A DNA stretch of 64,000 bases, from NCBI GenBank assembly GCA_965248925.1, contig CBDFLE010000005.1:1312001-1376000 (forward strand), written 5' to 3'. Positions within the stretch are counted from its first letter, which is position 1. Each line of letters opens with the position of its first letter. Both the position numbers and the translations under genes were made by a program. The notes beneath the pieces are model-generated. The model was not told the origin of the DNA, ran no database searches, and was given only the letters and a program-made list of their open reading frames with translations. This stretch comes from Candidatus Multivoradales bacterium. GTDB taxonomy: Bacteria; Acidobacteriota; Thermoanaerobaculia; Multivoradales; J023. Positions 60,924-64,000 of the stretch are shown piece by piece.

Positions 60924-61688
60924 TCAAGCGCCTGTAAAAAGGGCTAGCGAAGGCACCCCAAAGGCCTGTTCGAGGGCTCGCTGCTGCACCAGTTCCGCCG
61001 GCTGACCACAGATCAGGTGGCCAGCCTTATCGATCAACCACAACCGATCGGCGGTGCCGAGGGCGAAGTCCAGATCGTGGGTCGAGAGCACCACCGCCCG
61101 ATCTTCGGCAGTACTCGCCACCTGGCGCAGCAGGCCACCGATTTCGTATCGGCCCGGCAGATCGAGAAAGGCAGTGGGCTCGTCGAGCAGCAGGACTTTG
61201 GGTTCTTGCGCCAAAGCGCGGGCGATCATCGATTTCTGCCGCTCGCCATCACTGAGTGATTCAAGGGTACGTGTTGCCAACTCCGCGATGCCGACTTGAT
61301 CGACAGCTCGAGCCACCGCGGCGCGGTCAGTGGCGGTGAAGCGGCCACTCCAATCAGTGTGCGGATACCGTCCCAGGGCCACCAACTCGGCGACGGTCAT
61401 GGCACCCAGGGCCAGTGGCTCCGCCAGCAAGATCGCCACCCGTCGCGCCAGTTGACGAATGGACAGCAAACCCAACTCGGCCCCCTCGATCTCGACCTGC
61501 CCCGCGAGCGGCTTTTGAGTGCCGGCCAAAGTGCGCAACAAGGTCGACTTGCCACAACCATTCGGCCCCAGTAGGCAGACTAATTCCCCAGCCCGTAGCT
61601 CGACCTCTATCCCTTCGAGCACCCGGCGCTGGCGGCGACCGGAGACATAGCCCGCTGCCAATCGACGAGCCTGAAGCAAAACGCTCAA
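60924..61688 (-). CDS. Iron-chelate/cobalamin ABC ATPase
   Basis: GPNGCGKST, LGRYPH, LSDGERQK, LDEPTAFLD, STHD. Confidence 0.93.
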   Translation of the reverse strand: MSVLLQARRLAAGYVSGRRQRRVLEGIEVELRAGELVCLLGPNGCGKSTLLRTLAGTQKPLAGQVEIEGAELGLLSIRQLARRVAILLAEPLALGAMTVAELVALGRYPHTDWSGRFTATDRAAVARAVDQVGIAELATRTLESLSDGERQKSMIARALAQEPKVLLLDEPTAFLDLPGRYEIGGLLRQVASTAEDRAVVLSTHDLDFALGTADRLWLIDKAGHLICGQPAELVQQRALEQAFGVPSLALFTGA

Positions 61689-62725
61689 CGCAGCCCGCCG
61701 GCGGCCGAGCGGCGGCGTAGGATCACCCAGGCGATCACTGGTGTGCCCACCAGGGCGGTCACCGCATTGAGCGGCAGCACCCCCTCGCGACCCGGCATCT
61801 GCGCCAATAGGTCGGCCAGCAACGCCACCGCCGAACCGGTCAGGGCCACCGCCGGCAACAGCAGACGATGGTCAGAGCTGGCGAGCAAACCACGGCCGAG
61901 ATGCGGCACCGCCACACCGAGAAAGCCCACCGGCCCGCAGAAGGCCGTCACCGTACCGGCCAAAAGAGCGGTCGCTAGAATCACCCACAGCCGTGCCGCC
62001 GCCACCGCCAAACCCAGGCTCCGAGCATAGCGTTCGCCCAACATCAGAGCGTTGAGCGGCTTGGCCGCTAGGCCGGCAATCACCAGGCCGAGAGCCAAAG
62101 CCGGCGCCAGAATCCACAGCTGCTGCCGAGTAACACCGCCAAAACTGCCAAAAGTCCAGGTCAGATAAGCCTGCACCCGTTCGGCGGCGCTCCAATGCAG
62201 TAACAAGGTGACCAAAGCGCCCGCAGCGTAGCCGATCAACACCCCGAGGATCAGCAGAGTCAAGGTCGACACTCGGCGCGAAGCCGCCATCACCATGGCC
62301 AGCACCGCCAAAGCTCCCAGGCTAGCCGCCACCACGGTACCGACAGCCCCCCCCGCACCGGCCAGCAGGCCCAGCCCGGCGCCAGAAGCCAGCACCACCA
62401 GAGCCACCCCCAGACTGGCCCCTGCCGACAGCCCGAGCACATAAGGTCCAGCCAGTGGGTTGCGAAAAAGGGTCTGCATCAGCAGCCCACTGACCGCCAG
62501 CGCTGCGCCCGCCAGCAAGGCGGTCAGTGCTCGCGGCAGCCGCAAGTCGAGCACGATCAAGCGCCAGGAGGGCTCACGGGGCTGACCACCGCGCAACACC
62601 TCGAACACTTGATCCGGTGGGATCGACACCGAGCCGGCCGCCAGGTGCAGCACCAAGAGCACCGCCACCGCCAGCAGCAGCAGCAGCAGCACGGCAAAGG
62701 GCCGCCGGCGGCCAGACTCAGCCAT
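61685..62725 (-). CDS. FecCD/BtuC-family permease
   Basis: LRLPRALTA, QTLFRNPLAGPYVLG, GFLGVAVPH. Confidence 0.93.
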   Translation of the reverse strand: MAESGRRRPFAVLLLLLLAVAVLLVLHLAAGSVSIPPDQVFEVLRGGQPREPSWRLIVLDLRLPRALTALLAGAALAVSGLLMQTLFRNPLAGPYVLGLSAGASLGVALVVLASGAGLGLLAGAGGAVGTVVAASLGALAVLAMVMAASRRVSTLTLLILGVLIGYAAGALVTLLLHWSAAERVQAYLTWTFGSFGGVTRQQLWILAPALALGLVIAGLAAKPLNALMLGERYARSLGLAVAAARLWVILATALLAGTVTAFCGPVGFLGVAVPHLGRGLLASSDHRLLLPAVALTGSAVALLADLLAQMPGREGVLPLNAVTALVGTPVIAWVILRRRSAAGGLR

Positions 62726-63878
62726 CACCAACCTTTAGCCGGCGATGAAAAACCATCTGGTGCTCGGCCAGCAGCTCGGGATGGAGAATCGCCACTAGGT
62801 CGGCCAGCACCCAATCAGGCCGTAGGGAGCCAGCCTCCCAATAGGCATTGCCACCATGGGGTCCACGGCGGGCATCGTTTCCCCACACCTGGCCGGTGGC
62901 AAAAGCAGCAAAAGCGGCATAGCGCTGATCGGCCACGCGCAGCGCCTGCAGCGAAGGATAGTCACTGGGATGCAGCCAAATCTCGGCCGCGGCGGCCCGC
63001 GCCACCACACTCTCCAGATCCAACGCTAGGCTGCCACTGGAGAGATCGTTCCGCCACGGATAGGAGGCGCCGGCATCGTTGAGCAAGCGGGCCATGAAGC
63101 TGCGACCCCCCGGCACGTACCAGGTGCTACCGAGGGCGGCGCCGGTCAGCACCGTCGGCCGGTGCGCGAGTTCCGCCACTTTCTGGGCAAGCTCCAAGTA
63201 GCGCTTCTCGATCGGTCCAAAGACCTCCTCTGCCCGCTCTTCGAGATCGAAAAACGCCGCTGTCAGCTTAATCCACTCGGCGCGACCCAGCGGTGACGTT
63301 TCGAGGTAGGAAGGCACCAAAACAACGGCAATCCCAGCGTCGCGCAGGCGGCTCAAATCAGTATTGCGGATGCCGCCGGCACTCTGGGTCAGCAAGAGGT
63401 CCGGCGCCAAGGCCAGCAGACGCTCCACATCGAGCCGTGCCCCGCTACCGATCTCAACCAGCTCACCGCTCTCGGCCCGCTGCAGGACCGCCGCTGAAGT
63501 CACCCAATCGAGTTCGTCGTGTCCCACCAGGCGCTCTACCAGACCCAGCTCCACCAGATGCGGCAATTCAGTGGTTGAAGTGGTCACCACTCGCGCGATC
63601 GGCAGTTCGACCAGCTGCGCTCCTCTAAGCGCTGGTGGCGGTCCACCACAGACCACCAATAAGTAGTGCTTCAGACTCGCCTCGCCAGCCGCTGGATCGT
63701 CAACTTCGATACGTTTCCAATGGCGCCCGTAGGTGATCCCGAACCCGCTAGCGTGTCTGATCTCGGCCCGGTGGGGAAAGTAATCGAACTCGGGATCGAA
63801 TGGTCTGGCACAGGGCCGCGATGCCTCGGCCGGCCGTGAATCGAGCGCACCGCCACACCCCATCAGTCCTATCAACAA
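62718..63878 (-). CDS. Iron/cobalamin ABC substrate-binding lipoprotein (start may lie further upstream)
   Basis: LMGC lipobox, ETSPLGRAEWIK, RPDWVLADLVAILHP; frame stays open to the window end. Confidence 0.88.
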   Translation of the reverse strand: MLIGLMGCGGALDSRPAEASRPCARPFDPEFDYFPHRAEIRHASGFGITYGRHWKRIEVDDPAAGEASLKHYLLVVCGGPPPALRGAQLVELPIARVVTTSTTELPHLVELGLVERLVGHDELDWVTSAAVLQRAESGELVEIGSGARLDVERLLALAPDLLLTQSAGGIRNTDLSRLRDAGIAVVLVPSYLETSPLGRAEWIKLTAAFFDLEERAEEVFGPIEKRYLELAQKVAELAHRPTVLTGAALGSTWYVPGGRSFMARLLNDAGASYPWRNDLSSGSLALDLESVVARAAAAEIWLHPSDYPSLQALRVADQRYAAFAAFATGQVWGNDARRGPHGGNAYWEAGSLRPDWVLADLVAILHPELLAEHQMVFHRRLKVGDG

Positions 63879-64000
63879 ACAAGCAACGCCAAAGAACCAC
63901 CAGGAACCGAAGGTGGCTGACCAATCCAGGCAGCTGGTCGGGGAGCACGGCGTGCGCCCGCGGCGTGCACAACCACCGCCGATCGACGAGGGCGCACCAC

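Noticed and set aside
62671-62690. (CAG)n run, and the GGT/GGC run near 9225-9245
   Set aside because: They encode a Leu stretch in a TM helix and a Gly linker; not contingency loci

Overview
GC-rich bacterial chromosomal window. The ADOP-type permease with PadR, the ECF sigma/Ser-Thr kinase-TPR pair and a DGFES C-terminal tag suggest Acidobacteriota (inference). It holds about 45 genes or gene remnants; I saw no rRNA, tRNA or CRISPR array. Housekeeping genes include recC (partial, missed by the ORF track), a DAACS transporter, yigZ, sppA, ogt/alkA, a MacAB-like ABC exporter, lhr, an FKBP and an Fe/B12 ABC importer. Highlights: (1) a ~4 kb AT-richer island inserted at the 3' end of an ABC permease gene, bounded by a perfect 60-bp direct repeat and imperfect inner inverted repeats, with no integrase, encoding a coupled ParB-like + PD-(D/E)xK-like + SPPY methyltransferase operon (candidate undescribed defence system); (2) an 8-gene operon joining isochorismate synthase, YceI, polyprenyl synthase, a divergent CcoN-like protein apparently missing CuB ligands, a membrane-CcoO-cytochrome c fusion, an MBL hydrolase and an MMPL exporter; (3) a 1465-aa polymorphic toxin with helical repeats, LysM, a pre-toxin motif and a nucleotidyltransferase tip, plus its immunity gene; (4) an AhpD-like selenoprotein (CxxU plus SECIS hairpin) split in the ORF track; (5) a trypsin-EEP nuclease fusion; (6) a cluster of broken genes between two 61-bp repeats. 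All family assignments are from motif recognition by eye, not database searches.
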